The translations under genes were made by a program, and so were the position numbers. A stretch of 64,000 nucleotides of DNA from the human T2T-CHM13v2.0 reference genome, Homo sapiens. Every line of letters begins with the position of its first letter. The first letter of the stretch is position 1. Shown piece after piece: positions 29,500 through 45,547 of this stretch. The notes under the pieces are model-generated. The model was not told where the DNA came from. It made no database searches and saw only the letters and a program-made list of their open reading frames with translations. The stretch lies in NCBI RefSeq assembly GCF_009914755.1, contig NC_060941.1, one strand, 5' to 3'.

Positions 29500-30095
29500 C
29501 TGCTCTCCCACATCTACGCTGGCCCCTACCCCACCCCACCCATATTTCATGGTACACCCAGAGTGATTAGTCAAAATCACGATCTGATACTATCCTTCTC
29601 TCCCACTACAGGGCCTTTGCACAAGCTCTTTCCTCTGTCTGGAATCCTCTTTCTATCCCTCTTCACCTTCCTACTCATCCTTCAATTTAAGCTCCTTTTC
29701 ATTAGGAGCAAAAACCAGTCTTTACAAGGGCCTGCAGGTACGTGTCCACTGTCTGTATCATCCTAACAGGGGTACTCTTGAGAGTGACATGAGATGCTGT
29801 TAATACTTATGCCAGAAGTATAGGTACAAATGCACCTATCCTGGGCAATCCAGGACCAGGCTCTCCTGGCCTGGCCCTCTCCACCTCTCTGGTCTCGTCG
29901 CCTACCATGTGCTCCCTTAATTGCTCCAGGATTCCTGGGCTCCTTGCTGCTCCTCAGTCATGCCAGGCCTAACACCCACCTTCAGGCCATTGTGCTGGCT
30001 ATTCCCCCTGGCTTCCCCCAGAAGTCAGCCAAACAAACTCCTTCACCTCTTTCAAGTTGCTGCTTAGATGTCACCTTCTCAAGCTCACCCTGAGT
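29500..30095 (+). mobile_element. L2 fragments
   Basis: cagggcctttgcacaagctctttcctctgtctggaatcctc; cttcaggccattgtgctggctattccc; cttagatgtcaccttctc. Confidence 0.7.
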
Positions 30096-30549
30096 GTCCT
30101 GATGATAACTTTTATCATCTGCTTCTTTGCCCAAACCCATGGATGGCAGAGCTGGGTCATAGTGACATTGTGAATGTTACCAGCTCATATCCCAGACATC
30201 TGAAACACTAGCATAGTCAACAATTACACACACTGATTCACTGGTGTGTCCTCTCTGATTATGGTGTATCCCTGGAGGGTAGCTCCAGAGACCCCAGGCA
30301 AAATGACCCAGCACAGAATTCTGGACCTGTCCTTGTAGAGCCCCAGCTCTCTACTCTCTGTCCCCACCATGCTAGGGAAACCTGGCTGACAAGCAATGCC
30401 CCCAGTCACAGACTTAACACTCCAAGTGTCTGCCTCCTAGATGACAACCTGAGCAGCTCAGCCAGGCAGCAGGAGGAGCCCGATGGCCCCATGGGGATGG
30501 AGCATCCTGTAAGTTGGAAGATGCCCTGGAGTCCTCCATGCCCAACCGC

Positions 30550-30960
30550 CCTGTGGTAGTATACAAAATAAGAAACCCAACTCAAACCGAAAAATCAAGG
30601 GTGGGGAAGGAATCTAATGTCTCATGTAATTGGGCATTGTAGTTTAGCTGGCCTTAGGCATGGTGGGGTCCAAGAGGTCCAATAGTGTCACAGGACACTG
30701 TTTCATTGTGTTCTCACTAAATTCCCAGGGAGGGCCTCCCCATGTGGCAATAAAGTGGCCACTGCCAGCTCTAGACCTCCATCTTCCTCACAGCTGGTCA
30801 TACCAGTGGAAGGAGAGAAACTTTTGTTGCAGCAAAAATTCCAGAGAAAGCTCTCATTTGCCCAACTTGGATCACATGTCCATGGCTGAACCAATCGCTG
30901 AGACCAAGGCATGAGATACTTTGATTGGAAGGTCTGGGTCACATGCTCAGGTGGAAGAGT
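30550..30960. mobile_element. Old MLT1 (K/L-like) LTR fragment
   Basis: ttggatcacatgtccatggctgaaccaatcgctgagaccaagg...ttgattggaaggtctgggtcacatgctc. Confidence 0.65.
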
Positions 30961-32194
30961 CACCCAAAACATATGGTTACCCAAAGCCATGTTGAACACT
31001 CAAAAAATTATATGTGTGTCCCTGACACTCATCTAATAGGAAGGGGCTGTGTTGCACAAAGGGAAGACATGAGCTCTACAGAGCTTTGAAGTAGATATCT
31101 AAGACTTGACTTTGCCACTGTCTCTAGGTGACTTCAGACAAGACGTTTTATTAATACCTCACAGAGCCTTAGATTTCTCAAATGTGATGAGAGGATGCAG
31201 TGCTCTGCTCTACCAGACCCTAGAGCATACTATGAGGATGAAATGAGGAAGGACCGTTCTCCCCTAGAGATGGCTGAGGTGTCCATCGTCGGGAGTACAA
31301 GGGAACAGGCATGTCCATGTTTCTGAACCACATCTCCAAGCTCCAGTAGGCTCTGTGCTGGAGCATGAGTTTCTTTTCCACTAAACAACTCGAAGGAAAG
31401 AACAACTTTGCTTCCCACTTATTTGGTGTTTAGATGCTGCCTCCCTCCCACCACCTCCACCTGCTAGCTGAGAGGCACCATCTCTGAGCCCAGAGGATGC
31501 AAGATCCATCACTCCTGTACAGAGTTCACACCATGCAGCTGTGACCTGAGCAACACATCCACAATTAGCTAATATGGATCATTTTTAACAGAAAACGAAG
31601 CATGAAATATGCAAACATAATGAGCCCTTCACTGAAATTCCAGTAGCTGCTACAGGGTAACCAATTTGAATAGCAGTTGCAATTCCCGGGGAGGAAACCC
31701 CCCATTAATAAGAACAATGTTGAAATTGTTATGTATGGACTCTGAAACTCACTCAATAATTAATCCAGTCGATAAACATGGTATTAGTCCTCCCACACTA
31801 TGCAACTTAAATGAGGCTTTTATTGAAATATTGGGTCCAGTTTCAGACTTAGCAGCTAATCTGGAGCAAGTGGGGATGTTGGCAATGGCATGAAGACCAA
31901 TGCAAGAGCCAGAGTGAGTGACAGAAGACACAGCTTGTCTTGTAGGCCTAGAGAAGACCTCCATATCACCAGGCTCCCAACATAACAAAAGCCCAGTATC
32001 AAGCACTGGCTTGGATGCCCCATGCCAAGCGTGTGCCAAGCTTCCAAACAGTGCTGTTTAGAGGTCACTAATTATTGCTAATTATTGGTCTTCCCAAACC
32101 CATCTGTGTGTGATGGGTAGCAACACCATGTATGTTTTCAGAGCTCACTCAGTTTTTTATTTCCTGCCTTCCTGGAACCCCCTCTAGCTGGTAG

Positions 32195-32480
32195 AAGAGA
32201 GACATTGAAAGCATCAGGCTTGGGTGTTGGACCAAGGTTCAAACACAGGCTCAGCCACTTTCTTACCAGCTCTTTGCCCTGCAGTTTATGGAAGTCCTTT
32301 CCCAGTCTGTAAATAATACAAGTGCCTACCTTTTAGGGATTTTTCTGAAGAATAAATAACATAATGGGTATTAAGTACACCCATTATGTAGGTACAGCAT
32401 GCCTACCTTTTAGGGATTTTCTGAAGAATAAATAACATAATGGGTGTTAGGTACTCAGCCATGTGTCTAACTGGGACACA
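32195..32480. mobile_element. MIR with internal duplication
   Basis: gaccaaggttcaaacacaggctcagccact...gtgcctaccttttagggattt (twice). Confidence 0.75.
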
Positions 32481-32569
32481 TTGCTATCCATTTCTTTCAC
32501 CCAAGACTGGTTCTCAGAGGCATACAGGTAACAAGTTGCTCTGCACCAAAGTCCGTTTCTCATGCACTC

Positions 32570-32890
32570 TTTTATTTCTTTTTCTTTCTTTCTTTCTTTC
32601 TTTCTTTTTTTTTTTTCTGAGAGAGACTCTTGCTCTGTCACCCAGGCTGGAATGCAGCAGTGCTTTCTTGGCTCACTGCAACCTCCACCTCCTGGATTCA
32701 GGTGATTCTTCTGCCTCAGCTTCCTGAGTAGTGGGATTACAGGTGCGCTCCACCACCCACAGCTAACTTTTGTATTTTTAAGAGAGACAGGGTTTCACCA
32801 TGTTGGCCAGGCTGGTCTTGAACTCCTGACCTTGTGATCTGCCCATCTCGGCCTCCCAAAATGCTGGATGGCAGGCATGAGCCACTCCTT
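32570..32890 (-). mobile_element. Alu (AluS)
   Basis: Dimer; TSD catgcactct. Confidence 0.94.
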
Positions 32891-33669
32891 CGCATGCACT
32901 CTACAGCATTCAGGCTGGAGTTGGCTCCTGATATCACGAGGACCTGGACTGCAGGAATTAGGAAGCCTTCTGAGATACCACACTCATTGCATGCAGGCTA
33001 TACTTAAAGATCCATTTTATGAAATGTTAGCCATGAGTTGACAACTGTTGAAACTGGATGGTGGATACATAGGGGTTCATTGCACTGTTCTCTCTAGTTT
33101 CATATATGTTTCATTGGTTTGAGTTTTTTTTTTTTAAAGACCTATCTAAAGTGAGTTTATTTGGGTTTTTTAATTCCACAGCTAGGAGCAATCCTGGCAA
33201 ATTCATACCTGGGCATTTCTCTTGCCACTCTGTTGAGGAGGCGTCTCGGGGTTCAGTCGCCAGGACATGCCTGGTGAAGCTTAGATCCCTATTGTGACTG
33301 GCAATAAGACAAGGCAAGTGTACTTCAGGAGACCCTACCACCTCCATTGTTTTAAGAACACTGGGGAACATAAGTAATCCGAGTAGAGATCTTAACTAAG
33401 AAACAAATTATTAACTGTTAACAGATGAAATGCAATGAGATTCTAATTGATATATTTCCTAATTGTTCCTTGCCTCAGGTCATATGATGCATAACTGGTA
33501 TAATTAAGAATAGAACTCAAGTTTTCTGCTTCTACACAATAGAACTCAAGTTTTCTGCTTCTACATCTGGTATTTTTTTCTGCTATATATACAGATACTT
33601 CTGTATCTCCAGTGGCTCTAACATGCAGCCATTATGCTAGCAAGCATAACAATAGCAACAAAAGCCATA

Positions 33670-33900
33670 GCAGGTAATATTTATTGAGGATTTCCTCTGC
33701 CGTGAACTTACTAAGCTTTTTAATGCATAATCTCATTTAATTCTATAAATACATTTTTAAAATAAAATAACTTTTGAAGAGGCTAATATTATTATCCCCA
33801 TTTTACAGATGAGAAAACTGAGGCTTAAAGTCATGAAGTAACATTGAAGTAACTAATTGTATACAGCCTTGGAATGGTAAGGTTTGGCATTCCGCCTCGA
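33670..33900. mobile_element. MIR fragment
   Basis: tattattatccccattttacagatgagaaaactgaggctt. Confidence 0.85.
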
Positions 33901-34059
33901 TCTATCCTGTATGCATCTGGAAGTGCCTGGTTGCTGCACAAGAGTCTAGAGTTTATTTAACAGCCTCTATTAGGCATTTGGGCTCTTTCCAATTTCTTCA
34001 TTCTCACAAATGATGTTGCAATAGACATCCTTGTACAGGATTCGGATCTCACGTCTGTC

Positions 34060-34360
34060 TTTTCTGTTCAGTATAAAAGCTGCCCACGATCAGGGATTTT
34101 TGCTCATTTTGTGTACTTCTTCTGATCTTCAGTACACAGAACAGAGACTGGCATAAAGTCAAGTCAATAAATATTTGTTGAATGGATGTAAGGATGGATA
34201 GATTGGTTGATGGAAGGGAGAGAGGAAGGACAGCAGGAAGGAGGAAGAAGGAAAGAAGGAAGGGGGAAAGGAAGGAAGGAAGTGGGGAAGGAAGGAAGGA
34301 AGGGGAAGGGAAGGGGTGGATGGCTGGATGGGCAGGCGTATGGATGGGAGTGGGATTAAT
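34060..34360 (+). repeat. L2 3' end followed by (GGAA/GGAT) purine-rich low-complexity tract
   Basis: caataaatatttgttgaatggatg then ggaaggaagg... Confidence 0.8.
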
Positions 34361-34409
34361 TCTCCAGTGTAGACACCCAGAAGTCTATAGATCTTGCCTC
34401 TGAGGACCA

Positions 34410-34900
<491 letters not shown>

Positions 34901-35349
34901 GGGCAAAACTCTTATCATTCACAGGAGCACGTGTTAAAAAGCCAACTATATCTTCCCATTGTAAGAAGGCAACCAGGCCATTTCACTTCTTGGCTTTAGC
35001 ACTTTAGAAGAATTGAAAGCAGAAGGCCTCCTGAAGACAGCTCTTCTCCATCTTTCGTGACATCAGGGTGGTGTCCCTGAGGGGAGAGAGGCGAGTGAGC
35101 TTCCCCAACCTGGAATGGGAAGGGATTGGCAGTCTCACAGCAGTCAAGGGACCTTTAGACCCTAGATGGTCCTGTCCCACTCCCCAGACCTACAAAATCT
35201 GAATCTCTGGGTATAGAACCCAGAAAGCTGCACTTTCAATAAGCACTTCAAGTGATTCTGAGGCACCGTAAAATTGGAAGAGGACTAATCTATAAAAATA
35301 AGTGAAGCAAGATTAATTCTAATAACATGAATCAGTCCAAACCTTCATT

Positions 35350-36990
35350 CTGTAACTCAAATATTCAAGAAATATTACATTTCTTTATTTTCTTTAAATC
35401 TAATTAAACCATACTTTGTGACTCTACCCCATCACTGTAGCAGAGATGCCATTGTTATTCACAGTTACTTTGGACTGATTGTTACCATTTCATGTTGTGT
35501 CTTCTATTTCTTCTGGTTGTTCTTCTTGTCTGCCCACCTTACTTCTTACCTATTATTGGGTGGACTAAGTATATTTATCACATTTTCCTCTCTGATATTT
35601 AATATTTTTCCTTCTAATAGTTTTGATTTTTACAGAGAATGTCCTTAAATATTTCATATTCATACTTAAACCTATATTACCTGTCGGTATCTAGAAGTAA
35701 TCAGTATCTATATCTTCTCCCTGAACAGAACAAAATTCTGAGTATTCTTTGCTTCCTTTCACCCCTCTCCGTATACCTTCCCTGTCTGTTGTCTCACAGT
35801 ACATCGTCTAAGACATTAATTCCAGCTTGCTGTTATTCTTCACAATCAAATATTACTTATCTTCAAATTTTATTGTTTTTTTGCATACCACTGCATCTTG
35901 TATCCCAATGTCTTCTTCAATTCTTCTTTCATGTCTAGTCATTTTTTCAGATGGATTATGAGAGGTAAGCTTTCTGGGTCCTTGCTCAACTGAAAATATC
36001 TTTACCCTCCAGGGCATTTGAGTCAAGGTATGTAATTCTAGCTTTAAATTACCTTCCCTTAGAGCTTGGAGTACATGGCTCCTTCTATTCTTGTATTCAG
36101 TGTTGCTCATACTTGTTATTTTATATAGACTCTGTTTCTCTGTTTCTTTTTTCTCTCGTGCCCTTTCTGAAAGGTTTTATGATCTTTCTCTTTATCCTTG
36201 GCGTTGCAAGAGTTTTCTATGATCGGTCTGGCGTTTGGTGCATATTTTACTCAACATGTTTGACCCTTTGGCACCTTCCAATAACAATGACAATAACATT
36301 AATGTTAATAGCTTGCATCGAGTTTTTTCACATGGCCAGGCTATTCTGAGTGTGCTTTACTCAGGTGATACTTTCCACACCCTATGTTGGATACTATCAT
36401 TATGCCCATTTTACAGAAGAGGAAACTGAGCCACAAGAAAAGCATATCTTTCTTCAGTCGGGAAATTATTTATTTTAGAATTTCCTCCATTTCTTTCTTT
36501 CTCTCTGCTAATTCCCATTTGTCAGGCATTGGAAATTGGAAGTCAATCTCAATGTTTGATGCTTTGTCCTTGGGCAGTGTGTTTTAGATTTCCTCAGCTT
36601 GATGGTTGAGCTCATTGATCCCCATATAACTGTGACTTTTCTGAGACTGAGTCCATCCACAGAGGCCTGCAACCACACCCATCACTGAGACAAGAAAGAG
36701 GCCAAACTGCTTGTCTGCTTCACCCTGGTAGTTGCCCCCTGGCTCTCTCCTTGCCCCCATCAGCCGTCTGCACACCCATAGACTCATAACTCCCATTTTT
36801 TACAGCAGTATTTGCTGTTAATTCTATTCCATTTGCTTTCTATCCTCTAAAATTTTTGTTAATAATGTCTGGTCCATCAAGGACATGCTCTTTGCTTTAA
36901 ATGCTACAATAAATTGTTTATATCTTTTTATCATTTCTAGGGATTTGGATCAAAAAGATAAACAAGTGCTTAGTTCACCAACTGACCCAA
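35350..36990 (-). mobile_element. Old L1M fragment(s), T-rich strand, with MIR at ~36280-36435
   Basis: ctgaaaatatctttacc, cttctattcttgtattcagtgttgct, tttatgatctttctctttatccttgg; MIR core tatgcccattttacagaagaggaaactgag. Confidence 0.6.
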
Positions 36991-37049
36991 TCTCCTTCTG
37001 ATGGATGCAAAGAGCAGAGATTCTGGTCATCTTGAGAAATGGGGATTCA

Positions 37050-37486
<437 letters not shown>

Positions 37487-38029
37487 GGGAAAGCTGTGCA
37501 GAATTAAGACCCTCTCATGGTGTTGTACCAACCCTTCAGCTCCGGAAGCTGAGGATGGCAGCTCTGATGCTCTACCGCTAACTCTGTCTCTACTTGTCCT
37601 CCTGCTGCCATCTGATGAAGTCCTCTGTATCCTGCTGCCATCTGATGACGTCCTCTGTACCCTGACTTTAAATTTCTGAGAGGAAGACTCTGATTGGTCC
37701 AGTTAGTCATTATTATTCTTGTGGCTTCGACACCCCCTCAGCCCGACAAACCCATGGACTGACCACCTTGAGATCCAATGCCCCCACGGCTCCAATCAGT
37801 TCAAGTTTTCATGGTGGGAGCCACGTGGTCGCCATATGGAACCCCTTGAAGTGGACTGTGGTTGAGGCTGACGCTCTGAGACTCATCCTTCCCAAAGCAA
37901 TGTCTAAGGATCCTCCCAGATGTAAATATCTGGGGCCTGTAAGTGTATCTGCAGGCTCACGAATAAGCCCAACTCATGTTTATACAAACTACCCATCAGG
38001 AAAGAAGAAATGCTCCTGATTCCCATTTC

Positions 38030-38515
38030 TGATGGTTAATTTTATGTGTCGATTCGACTGGGCAACAGGGTGCCCAGATTAAACACTGCTTCTGGGTGTG
38101 TCTGTGAGGCTGTTTCTGGATGAGATTAGCATTAGAATCAATGGACTCAGTAGATTGTCCTCCCCAGTGTGGGTGAGTATCATCCAGTCAATGAGGGCCT
38201 GAATAGAACCCAAAGGGACAGGAAGGAGGAATTCATCCCTTTTGCCATCTCCCTGCTTGCTTGAGCTGGGACATCAATCTACTCCTGCCCTTCAGCTGGG
38301 CCATTGGCTCCCCTGTTTCTTAGGCCTCTGGACTCAGACTGGAGTAACACCACAACACCACAAGCTTTCCTGGGTCTCTAGCTTGCAGAACAAAGACTGT
38401 GGAACTTCTTAGCCTCCATAATCATGTAGCCAATTCCTCACAAATATATGTGTATTTATTCATGTGTAATATATAATATTTCTGTTCATTTTTTTCTCTG
38501 GAGAACCCTAATACG
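38030..38515 (+). mobile_element. MLT2 (B/D-like) ERVL solo LTR
   Basis: tgatggttaattttatgtgtc...ctgggtgtgtctgtgagg...ctctggagaaccctaata. Confidence 0.9.
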
Positions 38516-39599
38516 CCATTAGATCCATGTTCCTCTGAGAAATCAGCATCTCTACAAACCCAGGCAGTGAGCTCCATGACGAGGATTTAGCTGATGTAAG
38601 GGAAAGTTTTGGGTTAGAAATACCAGAGTTAACACCCCCAAGAAAGAGGTTATAATGCTTCGGAAAAAATTCACAAGCGGGGTAAGTTCCTGGTTCATAA
38701 TACTACACCCTTCTCTAGGAATTACCCCAGTATATGCTATTAATAGTAAGGTCCTTTTGGCTTTAAGACCGCCCCTCTCCACTCCCCACTTGACCACCGA
38801 TGACTGGTTGACACAGGGTTGAGCACCTGACCCAAGCTGGGCTAATCAAAAATTTCTTTCTCCTTCTGAGAATGTGAAATTTAAAAGAATACCCTTAACT
38901 AATATAGGGCCCACCTCAGAGCAGAAACCACATGGCACAGCCTCTGCTGTAACAGACAATCTGCAAAGAAGTATCCTGATTGATTATAATTTCTGATGCA
39001 ATCAATCTCTTTGATCCATGCCTTGACCACTGCCTAAGCCATGACCCTAGCTACACACTGACCTTGACTTCAGCCCTCACTGAGCCTTATTCCTGGCCAG
39101 ATGTTGAACTCTGGCCCCTGCCACAGAATTAAACCCTGACGTGGTCATAGATGATTCTATGCCTTCGTCACAAACTGAACTCTGACCCCCAGCAACATAC
39201 CAATCCTTGACTCTCTCTAGTCACCCTGGAACATACACTATTGTCACAAGTGGCCACGGTATGCGATGGTTTCCCTCCACACAACTGGGGGTACATCTTG
39301 TTTACCATAAGGCAGCCTGCCCGGGACCTCCACCCCATGTACTGAGCATGGCTAATCTCTGGATCTGCTGCTTTGACTCTGGGCCCAGATGTTACTGGTG
39401 GAGTTGCATCCTGGAAACATTCTCTCACTGTGGGACCCAATGCCCAGAACGACAGCCACAATCTGTTCTTTGACCTAAAGGAATCTGGCATGAGCAGACA
39501 TAGCTCAGACTCACACAACCTCTCTGCAAGAAAACCTAAGCAAACGCCAGTGGTTGGAATCATCTAAAGAAAGACCTGATGATTATCCAGTCAACTGGA

Positions 39600-39960
39600 A
39601 GGTCCTCAGAGTCAGCCTCAACAGCTCTCTCTTCTTTGTACCAACACCTGCTTGTTTTCAAGATCTGTCCATTCTACATCCCAAATGCTTCCCCTGTGAA
39701 TTCCTTCTCTCCATCTTCACCCAATTCTTCCTTGGTACGAGCTGGCACCCACAGCCTCCTTACTAACTGGAATTCCTACTTCCAGTCTCACCTTCTCCTC
39801 CCTGACCCTCACCCCAATCCGTCACCAAGTGTACTTGCAAAAAATCAAATACATGCTCATTAATGCCCTTCTGCTCACAACTTGTCTGTGGCTTCCCACT
39901 GCCCTCCAGGTAGATTCCAGCTTCCTGGGCATGGCATTCCAGGCCCTTCACGATCGGGTC
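39600..39960 (+). mobile_element. L2 fragment
   Basis: ctgctcacaacttgtctgtggcttcccactgccctccaggtagattccagcttcctgggcatggcattccaggcccttc. Confidence 0.7.
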
Positions 39961-40124
39961 TAAAGCGTGAATCTAAGGAAGAAGAGAGCTTATTTCTCAT
40001 GCAGACCATTTGTCCCCAAGTGCTTGTGGGCCTCCACTCAAACCCTTCTGTGGGGGAGATGATGGCTTTATAGTTAGAATCTGTCATTTCCTAAAGTGGA
40101 GAGTGGTGGTGCGGGGTTGGGGGG

Positions 40125-40400
40125 GGTGGTTATAATTATACGTACATTGCAAATTAAAGCTGTTATTAATCAAAGCATCCCTAAAAATATCAAAGACGTA
40201 ATGTGACGTCTCAGAGCTCTTGTCCCGCTGGCTCCAGTGCAGATCCAAAAGGAAGCTGACCTTTTCCACAGCCGGATTATAAATGTCAGGATTGCATGGT
40301 ACCATCCTTCAATTACTGTCACCTTGAAAGGGGAGAGCGCTGGAGGCCTCACACTTAAGTGTTTTCAATCACAGATATATTTCAAACACTGTCTCCTTGA
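40125..40400. promoter_or_regulatory. Candidate enhancer / conserved non-coding element
   Basis: Repeat-free and CpG-retaining; two ATCAAAG (TCF/LEF) sites at 40169 and 40189, TGACGTCT (CRE-like) at 40204, TAAT cores, palindrome CACTTAAGTG. Confidence 0.4.
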
Positions 40401-40962
40401 GAGAGGAGCACTGGGCTCTGGAAGCTGGTACAGCCCCCACTGTGGCTTCTGTGTCACGTGCAGTGACCCAGAAAGTTAGTAACTTAAAAGACAATTTGGA
40501 GTTGATCAGAACTGCCCATTTAATCCCCTCCTGTTCCAACAAACTAAAGATTTAATTATTCTTCAATTGCTATTTGCAGAAGCAACACAGGACAAAGATG
40601 CCTCCATGAGGTATCTCCTAAATACAGATCACCGTAGATTGCTTTCCCCTTTACAAAATCACGTTTTTATTGTGCAGCTTTAAGCAAGATAAAAACTTTC
40701 CTTCTGGTCATATTTCTATTCTTCATTCAAAGTCTCCATGCAACAAGAAGGCAGAGAGGGTTGAGTCCAATAAGCAGGAAAAACCAATTCAATTTCCAGG
40801 CGGATCTGATGCTATGATATTTATAGAACACACATATCACATTAGCATCTTGCCATGCTATAATATAATTTCTTCATCTGTCTCCTGTAACCTATATTTA
40901 CAGTAGGGATATTTTCCCTTCTGCACTTAACAAGGCATATTATTGAATTTTAGTTATTATAA

Positions 40963-41296
<334 letters not shown>

Positions 41297-41864
41297 TGTT
41301 CCTCTTTTTAACAGAACATCCTGGGTCTAATTTGAACTGGGAAGTCTGGCCCCATCACAAAGAGGAGAGTTGTAAATTCAACAGGCCTCACCAGGGAGCT
41401 TTGCTTCACTGTGGCCATCCTTCACAGCCAAATACATTCTGCTTCCAAGTTCGATGGTGCCAGAACTCCGGGTGGTCATCACGGTGGTCAGAGCCAGTGG
41501 ACAGCCTGACCCATGAGCTCCACCAGCTGGTGGTTGGCCTATATCCTGGCCCATTTCACTCAGACACATGGCAGAACTTGTCCCTGCCTTGGGATCCCAG
41601 TGACTCAGATTCTTCACCCCCAGCCCCAGAAAGCAGGAAACAAGCATAGCTGGGAGGAGGATGTTTCATAGGGCAGACGTCGTTGATCTTAAACCCATTC
41701 TCCAAAAGCCTTTCCCATGCTTCAAAGGTTGATGTGGTGATTGTTTAGAGTGCAGTGAAAAGACTTTAGAGGAAACAGCCCAGAACCAGACTGTGAACCA
41801 TGCCCAGTCCCTCCTCACGTCCACACTACACACAAATCCTGTTGGTTACGCCTTGAAAATGTAC

Positions 41865-42663
<799 letters not shown>

Positions 42664-42833
42664 TCAAGAATCCAAACATGTCTGAACACCTCCATGACTA
42701 CACCCTGGTCCAAGTCATATCTCCCCTGGCCCTTTGCTGAGACCTTGTGACTGCCTCTCAGCCTTGGCTCTCACCTGCCCACACTCTATCCTCAACAGAG
42801 CAGCTAGACTGAGTCTTTTAAAACAGAAGTCCA

Positions 42834-43208
<375 letters not shown>

Positions 43209-43599
43209 TCAGCGGGCTCCCCATCTCTCTCAGAAGAGAAGTCTCCCATGAGACCTACAAGGCCCAATGGCCTCCAGCTTCATCCCTCTCCCTCTCTCCA
43301 TTTCAGCCCAGCTGGCCTCTGCTGTTCCTTGACTGAACAGCATGCCTGGCCCCAGGGTCTCCACTGGTGCGATTCCCTCTGCCTGGACTGGTCTCCCAGG
43401 ACCCACGAGACCTGTTCCCTGGCCATTTCAGGCCTTCTCTGACAATCCACTTAAAATAACAGCTGCCCCACCCCAGCATCCCCACCCTGTTTGATTTTTC
43501 TTCAAACTATTTATCACCATCCAATATGCTAAATATGGTCCTTCTCCTCCCACTAGAATGTATACTCAACTAGGGTAGGGATTACTTTCAACTTTCTTG

Positions 43600-44420
<821 letters not shown>

Positions 44421-44973
44421 TCTCCAGAGAACAGAGACCTTTATCTGCTTTGTTCACTGGCTGTGTTCCCCGGCACTCAGAAGGGTGTTCGGCACATAAC
44501 AGATATTCAAAAACTATTTGTAGGATAAATCAATCAATGATCCTATGTAGGGGTCAGATTCAAGGGAATTGAGTTTTTAGTCTCTAAGATCAGCTCTTGG
44601 GCTAAAACCTGGTTTCATGGGAGCATAAATAAAATTCCTGAGCGCCTAGCCAGGTCTGAGGGTACAAATGAAACTGCAGTTCTGGACCATACAGCTAGGA
44701 TGGGGTAAATGCATTCCAAGGAACCCCTCCCATCTTTGAACATATGCCCAGCAGCAGTCCAGCCTCCTGAAGCCAAAGACCATTACACACTGCTTGGATG
44801 CAGCCCGATCAACAGACACGGCAGAGCCAAGAAGGGGTCTCAGGAGGGGGTTTAGCCACTCCCCGCAAGGACCAGCAGCCCCCAACTCTGCCACAAATAA
44901 AAGCAAGAATGATATTCATATTTTTTGAGATGGACAATTGATATTTTCTCAATCTTAGGCAAAGTCTGAATAA

Positions 44974-45316
<343 letters not shown>

Positions 45317-45487
45317 TGATATAATAAGTTTTTTTTAAAGTGTATTTGCTCTGCCATAAAGCTTTAAGAGGAGTCCCAGCACCACTTCCCTCTGGATTGC
45401 TACACCTAAATTCTCCTCATATAGAAAGTCAAGAGGCAACAAAGAAAGCAGTGGACAGAACATGGTTAAATAGCAAATATTTCCCCT

Positions 45488-45498
45488 ACACACACACA

Positions 45499-45546
<48 letters not shown>
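45488..45546. repeat. (CA)n microsatellite
   Basis: Direct, one TA interruption. Confidence 0.97.

Positions 45547-45547
<1 letters not shown>

Noticed and set aside
38620-38770. Compositionally odd unique stretch considered as a possible NUMT or RNA gene
   Set aside because: I recognise no mitochondrial gene, tRNA fold or Pol III boxes; a BLAST/Rfam search would be needed.
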